64,000 nt of DNA from Selaginella moellendorffii (Eukaryota > Plantae > Lycopodiophyta). The position numbers were made by a program, and so were the translations under genes. Within the stretch, counting starts at the first letter, position 1, and the number at the start of each line of letters is the position of its first letter. This document shows, piece by piece, positions 51,225 through 63,381 of the stretch. The DNA lies in the NCBI RefSeq assembly GCF_000143415.4, contig NW_003314274.1, positions 2,799,690-2,863,689 on the forward strand. The letters run 5' to 3'. Under the pieces are notes generated by a model that did no database searches, was not told the DNA's origin, and was given only the letters and a program-made list of their open reading frames with translations.

Positions 51225-52440
51225 GAGATACCAATTAAGGACAGCGGCCACTGCTACCGATGGTCTTTTCATGCCAAGGTGACACGCAAAGGGAAACTTG
51301 TATTCTTTGAAACAGGCACAGCTGGGTGTGTTATGTCAGTTGATGTTGCCGATGCATAAAGTTCCGAAATACGTATTGCTGGGTTTGGCGAGAATGCAAA
51401 GAATCTTTCACGAGATTGAGCAAGGCAGTGTCTATATTTTCAGGGAACAGTGGTGTACAGCGCTCTAAACCAGCATATACACCATATAAATCAAATTGGG
51501 AGATAAAAGCAAGCAAGACTATGGAGATCAAGTGTGTAGAGGACAATCTACGTATTCCAAATGTTGTTCTTAATAGAACGAGTGTTTTAGATGCTTCTAA
51601 GCTCGGCCAAGGGACATTTGTAGATGTGATTGGCAGTGTAATGTGGATTGGACAAACATTTCTCCTAAGGATTCTGGAGCATTCGTGAGAAGGAGGATGC
51701 TTTCTTTGAGTGATGAATCGGGCCACAGTATAGACATGTGTCTGTGGGATTCAAAGGCTGAAGATGAAGGTTCAGAAATCAAGGAGAAAAATGGACAAGA
51801 GGAGAGGCCTATTGTATGCATGAAGGGCAGCTGGATTTCAGATTACAATGGCAAGTCCATTTCAGTCACAGGTGGCTCTAACCTTTTACTTGATCCTGAA
51901 TTAGAAGGTGTCTCATGGCTGTGTGAATGGATGGTTGCTAGCTACAACACAACCATATTTGTCCATGTGACCAACTCTTTTTCTAAAGCAGTGATTACAA
52001 AGACAGTATCTGAGATGTTGTCTATCAACCTGAAGGTTTCTGAGTTCTCTGCTATTTTTTGTGTTATTGTGTCAGTGAAAGAATTCCAGACTGGTGACTT
52101 CTATTACCCAGCATGCATGAAGGTTGTCAATGGAAGGCAATGTGGCAAGAAGGTTACTCAGGTTTCAGAAAGTATGTGGCAATGCAACTCTTGTGACACT
52201 GATTCTGGAGATATTCACTTCAAATGTGCACTACACTTGTGTATTCTAGACAGCACTGGACATATATGGGCGGTTTCATTTGATGATGCTAATGAAATTG
52301 TAGAGATGCCTGCATGTAAGCTGGCTGCACTACAAGATGATGATTATACTGTTTTTTGACCGTAATGGACTCTATTTGATCCAAGATGTACAATCTGAAG
52401 ATTCGTTGCAAGCTTAAGAGCTACAGAGATACCAAAAACT
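51225..52440 (+). pseudogene. Helitron-borne RPA70-like ssDNA-binding protein (DBD-A/B/C), intronless, frameshifted
   Basis: RWSFHAKVTRKG..VDVADA*SSEIRIAGF, FVDVIGSV, RRMLSLSDESGHSIDMCLW, ISDYNGKSIS..LLLDPE, FYYPACMKVVNGRQCGKKV..WQCNSC..ILDSTGHIWAVSFD. Confidence 0.9.
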
Positions 52441-54485
52441 TATAGTTGGACTTGACACTTAAAAGAAAAAATATGTGAGAAAACAAAAAGTATGTTTTAT
52501 TTCTTTATACTATTTTTTTATAATTTGTTGTGTGTGGTATCAGGTTTCTAAGTATAAGCCAAGTTGGAGTTTTCAAACCTAATGTTGTGTAGAAGTTGAT
52601 GAATGATTAAAACAATTTTTAATAATGTAATTAGTTACAAATTGTTTAAATTTACTAAGTATTGGCAAACATTGCTACAGAATAGATTTAATAAATATAA
52701 TTTTTGTTACATATAAATATGTGAATTACTTAATAATTTTAAATATTAAAATGATAATATTATCAATAATTTTATAATTTTAATTTTAATACTGGAATAT
52801 AATATTATCACTAAAATAACAATACTGTAATAAAAATATTATAATATACATATATCTTAATAATATAATTTGAATTTTAGTACATAGACTATTGTTTTTT
52901 TAAACTACGAGTCTATGATATAGATCTTACCAAATATGGTAAGTCATATAGAGCAGAATACAAAATAATAATCACTGCCGCTGCCACCATGAGCATCTAT
53001 ATACATGTATGATTTTTTAAAGCTTTAGCTTCTTCCTCTCACAAAATCTTAATTTCTAGATTTTCACTCGTGCAACCATTCGTATTGAACCTATACTTAA
53101 GAGTGGGATCTCATAATCAGTAATTCCACTTATAAAAGATCAAAGATACAATGTTATGAGTTTTATTTATTATGTTATGATGTGTGTTGGTGATAGAGTC
53201 AATTGTAGAAGGAATTTTTAACATAAATATTATATTATGTTTAAACATATATTTTATAATATTGATTATGTTAAACATTATAATTATGATTATAAATCTT
53301 GTGTAAAATAATTTTTTATCAGTAATCTTATGGTACTTATTAATACAAACATAAATAAAATTAAACCCATTGAGTTCTCAAATGGCTAAGATATAGTCTA
53401 AAATTTATATATTATCATAAAATTTTATAACACTTAAACCTACATTGCATTTATACATGAAAAACAACTGCAATTTTATTATATTAGACCTATTTATATA
53501 ACATTCATGAATTTTCTGATATATTATAATTCTAGCATAAAGAAAAGATTACATATCATCAAACCCTACTCTACCCCAGTATAGAGTAAAACATTACCAT
53601 CCATTTATCATAATAAAATTTCAACATTCATAACAGTGGTATAAAGCCTTAATTTTAAATATATTTAGATGAATATTGAGAGATAATAATCTTATTTCAG
53701 ATTAGCATTCTCTCTATATAAAATATAGACAAAAAGAATGTTTATTTTAAATAATAAAATACTTCTAATTTTAAATATTACTCTCAAAATTCATAAATAT
53801 AAATATTACGTAAAAAGGGAATATCAAAGATAAATATGTAAAATATTAAAAGTTTTTGAAAGAAGAAATAACACATTAACCTAACATCTTTGACTTAGTA
53901 TCATGCAATTCCAAAATTTTCAGTCTGAAATGAGAAAAAGATAAACCGGTTATATATAATCTCACTTAAACTACAAACATCTTTTAAATTTATAGAAATA
54001 TAAGCATTATTATGGAGTTTATCTTTTCGTCATTTCCTCATATTTATATTAGTGTACTTAAGTAACACTTACTTTCTTAAGAGAAAAAATTGTAGAGTTG
54101 AATGAATCATCAAGTAATAATATTGTTTATCAATTGTATAGAGATTTGAAAGAAAAGAAAACATTAGTTATCAAACCTCAATCTCTAAATGACTCATTTG
54201 GCCATGGGATCCCGTAGCGAGCAATTCCATTTTAAGAAGATCCAACACTGCACTAAACAATCAGTTTTAAATATGATATAATGTAATGATTTATTATGTT
54301 ATGATGTGTGTTGGTGATAGATTCAATTTTATAAAGGATTTTGAATATAAATATTATGTTATGTTTACTATATATCTTATAATTATGATTATGTTAAAAA
54401 TTACAATTACACTTACAACTTTTTGAAATTAATAAAATATCAGAAATAAACACGATGCTCCCAGCGTAGCTGGGACTTTTGCTAG

Positions 54486-54625
54486 TCCTTCTATTTTTAA
54501 AAGAGCAAGGGTGACATATTCAATCGAGATTCTTTTCAAGCTTAATGGTGGAGATGAAAAGACGTGGCAAAAAAACAGTTGAGGGTGAAACGTTTTTTTT
54601 TTTAAGGGTAAACCAGTTTTTTTCA
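54486..54625 (+). mobile_element. Helitron 5' end (same head type as 31935 and 42498); element continues past 60246
   Basis: TCCTTCTATTTTTAAAAGAGCAAGGGTGACATATTCAATCGAG...aaccagtttttttcaa, colinear with 31935-32075. Confidence 0.85.
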
Positions 54626-55155
54626 AAGCATTTTTCCAGGAGAGCTTATCACCGCGGCTGCACACCATGAGGTTTGCTGCATGATTGCATTGGTCCTTAC
54701 GTTATATACCTTGTGCTCATGAATCTTTCCTTTACTGTCCAGATTGTACTCAAATATGCCGTCAAAGAGACCTCTGACTTCCCACAGCACTTGCGGAATC
54801 GTGAACAGACCATCTGATCACAATAGTGTGCTGTTCAAAGGCTGCCAGGCGCTCAAAATTTCCACCCAGATCGACTTGAAAAGCATTCTACCATTCAGCC
54901 GGAGCCACCTGTATAATCATACTTCTTTATTTAAAAGTGCTATTGGCATCGGGGGACAGATATTCTCTTACCTTTGGATTTTTTAGATGGACGGTTTTGA
55001 TGGAACACTCTCTTATAACGGTTATGGCTGTTCATATCTGAGGGTTTTATGTTTGACTCTCTCTCGTGTCACTGTGCAGCATTGGGAACAAAACAAGTAG
55101 AGCAAGCTCCTTGATTCTTCACTATTGATAAGTTTCTTTCTCGCATTTTTCACAG

Positions 55156-55705
55156 TTGAGTCGCCACTGTTTCTGGGTCTCCAGAATGTATACTTTTGAG
55201 TGGGTATGTGTATGATTTACGGTCTTTGCAATGTCGTTTGAATGTGTTTGCATAAGAACAGGTCATGAGTACTGGGAAGATGAAGGCATTGAAGAAAAAG
55301 AGCCAGCATGCAGGCAAATGATGAACATATTTCACCCATATGATCCTGTCACCTATAGGTATCAACATACTTCTGTGTGACCAGTGTTTAAATTTATCCT
55401 TTCGTCCTGATTACAGAGTGGAACCTCTGATATCTATTCTTTTTGGGAGAAAGTCAGTGAATATCTTGGGATACAGGTAATCATAGTGCTTTGTAAGTTT
55501 TGTTGTCAAAGCTAGAGGAAATTCTTCGGTTGGGGTATGGTTTTGTCACAGTTTTTTATGGTAGTATGGTGACAGAAAGGCTATCTAGAAGTCCCAATGG
55601 TAGATTCGACTTAATGCTACAGGTAAGTCTTGCTCTTTGCTATCACATCATTCTCATGTGGATCCAGGATACAAAATTTGAGCACCACCACATATCGGTA
55701 TCTGA
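55156..55705 (+). pseudogene. SGR2: SGR2-like DDHD-domain phospholipase fragment
   Basis: ESPLFLGLQNV, EYWEDEGIEEKEPACRQMMNIFHPYDPVTYR|VEPLI, YGSMVTERLSRSPNGRFDLMLQ|DTKFEH. Confidence 0.8.
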
Positions 55706-55724
55706 TAAACGACAGCAGTGGCTG

Positions 55725-55755
<31 letters not shown>

Positions 55756-58479
55756 TTTGGAGTTGGAATCACAGCAGCAGCAGCATCACCAGCGAGAAGA
55801 TCTTAAGGCCATGAGAATTCTCCACCAGGAGTTTGGGATTACGTAGCAGCCAGGTGAGAAGGTCAGTGCGAGAGATAGGGACGAAGATATCACAAGGGAC
55901 AAGGACGAAGATCTTGCAGGGTCGGCCTTCACCCACGAGCAGCAGAGATTGATGAGGTCACTGGTTTGCTCTATCACTTCTGCTCAACCCAGTGGCAAGG
56001 TGAGCTTCACTGTGGTTACGGTGCTCTAGAGCAGGTTAATGAGCATGCGTTTCTCTACAGGGGCACGGTGCTGTACAAATCCAATTAGTCTGGAGACAAG
56101 GAGCATCGTCACACCCATGGACGTGTATCAATTATTGTGACACACTAGGTAGGATCCAATCCAACTTCATTAACTCGCAGAGAAAGAGAGAACTAAGAAA
56201 AACAAAGAATAGTGGCCATGGCCATATCTGGACAAATTAAGTGAATTGGTGCCAGACTCAATTGTATTTGTGTTGTAATACTACATTATTTATAAAGTGT
56301 CTCCTGCCCTTGACTGTCTAGAAGTCCCAATGGTAGAGCTAATTTGTAAGTCGGAATCACAGCAGCAGCAGCAGCATCACCAGCGAGAAGATCTCAAGGT
56401 TGCATGAGAATTCTCCACCAGGTATTTCTCACATGTACGTAGTGGCAAAGCCAGTGTCAGTGAGCAGGTTGGTGCGAGGGACAGGGATGAAGATCTCACG
56501 AAGGACAGGGAAAAAGATCTTGTAGGGTCTGCCATCGCCCACAAGCAGCGGAATTACGTTTTTTCAAGCTTCCCGGAGGAAGACTCAAGTCTGGAGAAAA
56601 ACAGTAAAGAAGTTTCTTTCATCATTCACTCTGCTAACTTTGATAAATCTGCTAACTAGAGGTGGAAGGATTGAAGAGGAAGCTCATGAGCAACCAATGG
56701 CAGCTTCAATCCAGCCTGGGACAGGTATGATGGAAATACATGAAGATATAAAGAACTTTGGTTTTGTTCATTTCCATTTCTTCCAGTTTGAAGAGTTTGT
56801 GGCAATTTGGTAGAGACCAAACTTTGAGGCGCTGCCATATCCTTACTGCCCTCCTCACATCACCAAACCAAAGGTATCGATCTTTGTTCTTCATTACTCA
56901 TAATTCTTTTGTGAGATCTTCTCATTTCTTTTATTATTTCTTGTGTCAGGAGAAGTTCTGCATGGTTCTCCTCCCCAAAAGACAATACTTTACTGTTTCA
57001 AAGAATCTCAAACTGCTGGCAATTCCATTGTTTAAGCTCTAAGATAATGTAGATAAGAGAAGAAACATTTAATGTCTACATTTGTTTTTTTTTTTTTTTT
57101 TTTTGTTTTCTTGCTTTGAGAAAGTTTTTCTCTTCCTTTGCTGATGTGAGAATTGTTACTGCAGAGATATGCCCAGTGATCTCTGCCATCTTCTTGCAGC
57201 TTTCAAGGTTCACCTTCATTGCCATTAACAGTTGAACACTGGCAATCTGGGTGAATTTTTTCTTCTTTTTCTCCATTTTGTAAAACTATTAACTTACTAT
57301 GAGTAGCTCTCTTTTTTTGTTTGAAACGTTCTCTTATAAATGAAGATACACTCCCTCAGCTGGATAAAAGTGTAATGGAATCAAGAAAGAAATAAAAAAT
57401 TACACGCCTACCATATACATGTGTGTATACGATGACAAGAATATGTCAACCCACCTGAAGATTGTTGGCCAGGACGTGGAGGTGCTAATATTGTTTAATG
57501 CAGGAAGCAAATGAGTTATGTGAGCAGATGGAAAGCCTGCAGTTAGTGTTAATCAACAAGCTTTCTTGAAACAGCAAAATACAAAAGCGATGACAGTACA
57601 GCCATACAGCTTGAATTGAGAAGGAAAAGAAGAAATCTACTACTAAGAGAAGACTGTGGTCTTTGATGAGACAGAAAAATCTAAGACCGAACAGGAGGTA
57701 CTGAAGATTACGGAAGAACTTGAAGACACATGTGAGTTGAACAGGTTTCTCAAAACAATACATTGCTGGCTATAGATAAAAAAAAAATGGATGTCAGTGT
57801 GCAAAAGTGGAAGTTGAGATGGCAAATGCAACTACTACAATGAATTGAGGGTGGACAAGGAACTCTGAAGATGATGTGACACTTGATGCTACAGCAATGA
57901 AAATGGAACGGATTTTAGAGACTTCCTTGCCAGATTATCCACCAAGCCATTTTGCTGTGGAGAAGCAAAATGTTATTCAGGCTTTATAGTTAAAGCTACA
58001 ATAAGCTTTTGATTTTGTCAAAGATGCAAAGCACAACATGGAGGCTTTAACTGATGCGACCTCAAATGTGTCTAAAATGCAAGAGAGTGTTCAGAATTTC
58101 TGAACGATACAGGTATTGCTCAGAAGAAAAAACCAATGTGCTACTTCTCCAAGTACTCTAACATTCAAGTGAATCCAAGGTGCCTTGTGATGTTTCTCCA
58201 GTCCAGTGAAGCTGATCAATGGCATCGTGATCAATACAACAGAAACCAGTGGGCTTTGTTTTTTTTATAAAATGACTAACATTGTGATGGTTCTTCAAGC
58301 ATGTGTTTGCATTCTAGCAAATCCAGGATGGCTGTTTATTGCAAGTCACAAACACCTCACAGATGCACAGTAAGTTTTTCTAGCACACACTTGCTCTCTA
58401 ATGCACTAAGCACGTATATTTTGTCTCCTATCTGTAGTTTATCGAGAATCCCATTCGGGCTGTGTGCCTGGAAGGAGCT

Positions 58480-59269
58480 CCCATCACTCACTGAACAAGC
58501 CACACTGTCCAATGCTCCCTGGTGCTACACCAAACAAACCGTGCCAATGTTGTCCCATGACACCGTGAACACGGAATCCCACCCATTTCCAATCACAGCC
58601 ATGTTACGATTCATCTCGTAAGAGAGCTGAAAGGACCACAACTGCAGTGAGCCTCCAGCTCCCAGGCTGCTGACAGCAACAACAGCAGCAGGTCCAGCGA
58701 GCGATGCCTAGATGAGAACTGTGAGTCTGGCACCCAATGAGTAGAAGCGATGCGTTTGGACACACCTCCACAACTTGGTGTGTGTAGCTCACACCGTGGG
58801 AGATGTAGTCGAGGTCTGGTTGGAATAGGTGGAGAGGCAAGAGCTCGGACTTGTAAGTGACGTCCTTGGTAGCTCTCCAAACAGGATCCGATTGACACAT
58901 GTGTTTGCCTGGGTGGAGGTGCCCCGGAACACAACCATAAGGTGTTTGTTAGCGGAGGTGGTGTCTTCCTTATACACTGAGGAGGGCTCAAGTGTTGGAA
59001 GTTTGGAGATGACTTCCAGCTGGGGATGGAGGCAGGCATCCATAGGTTTTGGTGGAGATTGTGGTGAGCGGGGAGATGAAGAGTGCCAGACACTTAAGAT
59101 CATGCTGTGAGAGCTTGGAGACTTCGTCCCACACTTCCAGAGCTTCTTCGCTTGGTGGGTTTTGTTTGGCTGAGCGGTGGTGGTGATGGCGGGCTAGAAA
59201 AACAATGGCAGGCACAACCAAAAGCAAGAGCAGGAGAGTGCAAGCCATGCATTTGTGATTTTTCTTCAT
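58480..59269 (-). pseudogene. Class 3 lipase / PLA1-like fragment
   Basis: Signal-anchor-like N-terminus, LMVVFRGTSTQANTCVN, and a degenerate SSLGAG (GHSLG-like) motif. Heavily frameshifted. Confidence 0.45.
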
Positions 59270-60794
59270 GGTTTGGAAGGAATCTTACCTCTGTTCTCCC
59301 TGCGGGTTTGAAAATTAAAGAGTCACCAGGTCTCATGTATCTGTGTTGCCTTCGTCAAAGATTTACAAAAGTCCAACTCTTTTACACTTTATATGGTTTG
59401 GCTCTTTCTTGCTTTATAATAGTCTGGATAACTTAACTCTCAAACTTTCGAGTATGTACAACAGGAAACTAAAATTCACAGATCTCACTTATCAGCATTG
59501 CTTTGTTCAAAAAGTTATATTTTATGGCCTAACACTATTATGTCTTAGATTTTGCATTTCTTTCTCTCTTTTAGAAGTTTCTTAACATCAAATGCTTTGT
59601 GATCAAAAGAGAGCATGCAAGAAGTTCCTCTGCAAGAAGAACCCCCAGGCTGCCTTTGATGTGTTCCAAAGGCAATGACTCTGAACTCAATATCCATGTT
59701 GAGTAGAATAAAGCTGCTTGGGTCCTCAGTAAACTTCCACCACATCTCTTCAATTTCTTCTTGCCACTTTACAGTAAGTCACGGAAAAAATCTAAGATTC
59801 TGTAGAACTTCACTGGTTAAAACTTGGACAGGAAATCTAGAAGAAAAAACAAGCCTTTGAACACTTCTGTTTTTATCCTGGTCCTTTAATTTAAAACCAA
59901 GTGGGTTATGCTAGAACACCCTCCCTCGATATCAAGCTTTCAAATAGATGTTGTAACTTTTAATTATGGATATCTTATGTTCCATCTCCAGGATGATGAA
60001 TTTAGAATCTCTTGGAACTTTTTATGTAGGCATTTGCTTTCATTTCAAGCACAAAACTTGTAGAATAAAAGAAGCCAGTTTTGAATAATTACAAAGCCTT
60101 GCTTTCTAGAGCTTACAGCTATAACTTTCAACTGCTTATTTTAAAATTAAAATTAAAATGCTTACTCTTGACGCTAAAATGCTTAAAAATTCAATGTGCC
60201 CAAAATATTTTGTACTTCTCCCAGCGGAGCTGGGATCCCAGCTAGTACACTTGTAAGTCTGTGAAAGCAGTTTACTGGATCTCTGAAAGAGATGTCCCAG
60301 TTCTTTCTTTTCCCCCTGAGTTGAGAATACTCTTTTTTTGCAGTGTATCTATGTGTCTCAGAGCGTTTTGGTAGGATTGGAGTAAAGGTTAAGCTCATCG
60401 ACTCGGAATTTCCTTTGTTTAAAGGTAAGGTTTTCAATGCAATGCTTTTTCTTTTATTCTTCTTTTTTTTGCTAGAAGGTATGTCCACCGATCTTTGTTT
60501 TTCAGGAGTGGATCTTTGATACCCTAGCAAATGGAGAGAAGCACGACTAAATTTCAGACATTTATCTTGCAACCAGACAACCAGTTCTGTGCGGATTGCA
60601 GCTTGCAGGGTCCCCAATGGGCATAAGTCATTTTCATTTCCATCTTGCTGCATCTTCTGTTGTTTCTCCAGCTCTACAAACATGGAGTTATAATCTGTGA
60701 CAAATGCTATGCTGTTCATTGAAGCATGGGAGGTTCTGTATCAAAGGTAAATGTAAATAATCTCTCTTCCCAATTTTATGTCCTTTTTCAACAG

Positions 60795-61279
60795 TTTATG
60801 TCCATAAATTCCAACAACTGGACAGATGAAGGGGTTGAGCTTATGCTGTTTATTGGTGGCAATGCAGCTGCAAATGCTGCATACGAGGCCTTTGTTCCTA
60901 AATCTTGGCAAAAGACCCATGCCGGAATCATCCAATCAAGAGCAATTAGAATTTGTAAGGTTCAGAAGATGTGAAACTGTTTTCTATATTTATTTTTCAA
61001 CAATCAATGTTTTCTCAGAAGCAAGTATGAAAGACAAGAATTTGTAAAGCCATCTATGCGTTTGGCTTCCTCTTGTCGAGAATCGACATTATTTCAAGGC
61101 AAGAAGATTCTTCTGCTCTGGTTTGTTCAATGCTTCAATTCTAGAGGTAAAAATTTTAACTGCAAGGTCTGCAAGGATTTGTTGGATTGATTCGAGTGTG
61201 TGTAATAAAAGACATAAACCTTACAGTGAGGGACTTCATGATTGGTGACCCTTATGTTGTTCTCACCCTAGGAAACCAG
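60795..61279 (+). pseudogene. ARF-GAP + C2 domain fragment, copy 2
   Basis: NWTDEGVELMLFIGGNAAANAAYEAFVPKSWQK, SKYERQEFVKPSMRL, VRDFMIGDPYVVLTLGNQ. Confidence 0.82.
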
Positions 61280-62453
61280 GTATGTGTCGTTCCTATTAAT
61301 ACAGCTCAAGCAAGCTGAGGAAGATTTGTGAAGCACAAAGGCAAAACATGAAGACTTTCAGAGGCAAGTTGTAAAAATCTCATGAGAACTGAGTTTTACA
61401 ACCATACACGTTTTATCATCCCTTTACTAAACCAGCCATAGTCTATTGTTTAGCAAGATTGGCCAAAGTTAATGTTATCAGCCTCATTATAATAAGAATC
61501 AAGCAGTGTCTACCTACTACCTTCTAAATCTCCTCAAAATTTGTGCATACTTGTACACATCTTGGATAGGAGAAATCCCAACACATTGCAATGCAGTCCC
61601 GGCATGCTGCAAATTCAGAAAGCCAAGTGCTGAATTTCCTACAAAATAAAGAGTAGGATCTTGAAAGGCTTCTTGAATGTTCTTTCCTTGCTGCTCTACG
61701 GTTATCTAGCATGTTAGGTGAAAGTCTGTAAGAATTCACCAGCAATTGTCCAGTCTTGAGCATGTTGCTACCAACTCTAAAGCCATGTACAGTTGACCAG
61801 CTTCTAGCTTTGTATGAGCACTGGGTCGTGGTGCAGGGATTTATCTGGGGAATCAACTTCTTCGATGATGGGGTGTGAACTCGGCAATGTAAACTTGGCT
61901 TTCCATCATCTGAAACTAATTGAAAATCCAATCTTTTCAGGTGCTTGCATCCCGAGTTTGCATACAGATGAATGCTTCACAAACAAACGAAAGCCCATAG
62001 AATGATCTAATCATAGTTCACAATGCTGCTCAACCGTTATTTAAAGGTGAGAGAACTTGGACAGAGCATGACTTCATAACTTTTTGATAATGAGTGAGCT
62101 CTTGAGCTTTGCAGGTACATCACGGCTAAAGAACACATGCAATCCGTGCTGCAGCATAACCTGGCTTGCTGAATAATATCTTATTGCCCAATGTAACGAA
62201 GGAAAATGATTAGATATTTGTGACAAAGTAAAGTATTGCAAGATAAAAGTTGGTTAGGGTTATCTTTATAGTACACGGTTTCAGAACGAAATGACTTCCT
62301 CTTTGGAAATAGTGAGAGCCTGGAAACACGCAGGTTGCGTTTACATCAACCTTTGAGAATCCCTCGGAAAGAAGTTTCAGGTGAGATTTACAGCCTAGAT
62401 GCCTATTATAAATTTGAAATGCTTTACAAATGTGTGTAAAATGATTCCTTTAG

Positions 62454-63381
62454 ATTATAAAAGCAGAGAAGAAGTGGGACTAGAAGAGATTACAAAAGAG
62501 CAAAGCGAAAAGGGTAAGAGTTATCCAAACAAAAATTAATAATAAAAAGTTTCCTACTTGTAACATTTCCTTTTAGACATGGTAAATGAGACCTGAAGAA
62601 ATGGTTCTTGTGACATGGAAGTTGACAACAAAGGTAGTGAAATTTATATTAAAAACTAAAGCTATCATTATTTTATATACAATAGTGAAATCACATAGTG
62701 TTGAGGAAGAAAAGAAAACAGTAACTGATGAAGGTATGTTTAGTGTTTGTTCAGATATTTATTAATAATAGTTGCCTTATAGAAGATAAAAAGGAAGAGT
62801 GCAAAGATGTACAAGAACAAAGAAAAGACAAAGTTAAAACACAAGGTATTTAACACTTAATAAAAGAAAAGAGAGTATATGTCTAACCAAAAATGATTAA
62901 TATATGATGCAAATATTCATATTCAGAAGAAAAGCAGACGCATGGACTTGGGTGAAGCTATTTGTATACGAGAAGTTGATCAAAGTGTGGCACAGCTAAT
63001 GTTTGCTGGATACACTTTAAACAGTTATGGTTTGTGACGTGGTCGAACTCAGTCACATAATGTTCGTTTGAGGATTGATATGACAGATGTTTATGGAAAT
63101 GAGACTATTACAGTATGGATGTTACATTGCTGAAAAAAGGAAACACGAATTCAGCAAAAACAAATGGCTTAAGATATATGGTTTTGAAGTGATGAATGCT
63201 GACCCGAAATATGATCGTGGAACATGGAACTATACTCTTAAAATTTCTGAATCGACTATTGTAGAAAAATTTCAGCATCCAGCACCAAGACTATGTTTGT
63301 TGGTTCACACTATACCAATTAGCGAATATATTGACATTCACAAAGGTCGTGATTCTGTTGGTTCCATAGATGCTGTTGTTA
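62454..63381 (+). pseudogene. Multi-exon gene with E/K-rich micro-exons and an RPA-like OB fold, interrupted by a Helitron head
   Basis: Four ~35-65-nt AG..GT exons precede LRIDMTDVYGNETITVW / KHEFSKNKWLKIYGFEVMNADPKYDRGTWNYTLKISESTIVE..SVGSIDAVV. Confidence 0.55.

Larger units (their letters stand above)
46685..54485 (+). mobile_element. Helitron body carrying PAP/AAE fragments and RPA-like genes (head partly at 42474-42497)
   Basis: Head remainder TAATAATAGCATATGCTGGGGACACTTATTC. Tail TCCCAGCGTAGCTGGGA-CTTTTG-CTAG at 54459-54485 is identical to 9848-9874. May be composite. Confidence 0.65.
54917..60245 (+). mobile_element. Complete non-autonomous Helitron (~5.3 kb) with multi-gene cargo
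   Basis: A^TCATACTTCTTTATTTAAAAGTGC head and TCCCAGCGGAGCTGGGA-TCCCAG-CTAG|T tail. No TSD; the empty site is restorable. Confidence 0.9.
54690..60330 (-). pseudogene. DUF2358 (NTF2-like) fragment split by a Helitron: parts 60330-60246 and 54916-54690
   Basis: DISFRDPVNCFHRLTSV|LYRWLRLNGRMLFKSIWVEILSAWQP..WEVRGLFDGIFEYNLDSKGKIHEHKVYNV reads in frame once 54917-60245 is removed. Confidence 0.8.

Noticed and set aside
56650-57280. Possible NLR/LRR fragment
   Set aside because: LKVWSLPNCHKL is suggestive, but no diagnostic NB-ARC motif is visible.
9848-60245. Recurring CCCAGC-N4-GCTGGG palindromes as a CRISPR array or rho-independent terminators
   Set aside because: They are kilobases apart, in both orientations, and followed by CTAG. 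This is the Helitron 3' signature in a eukaryotic context.
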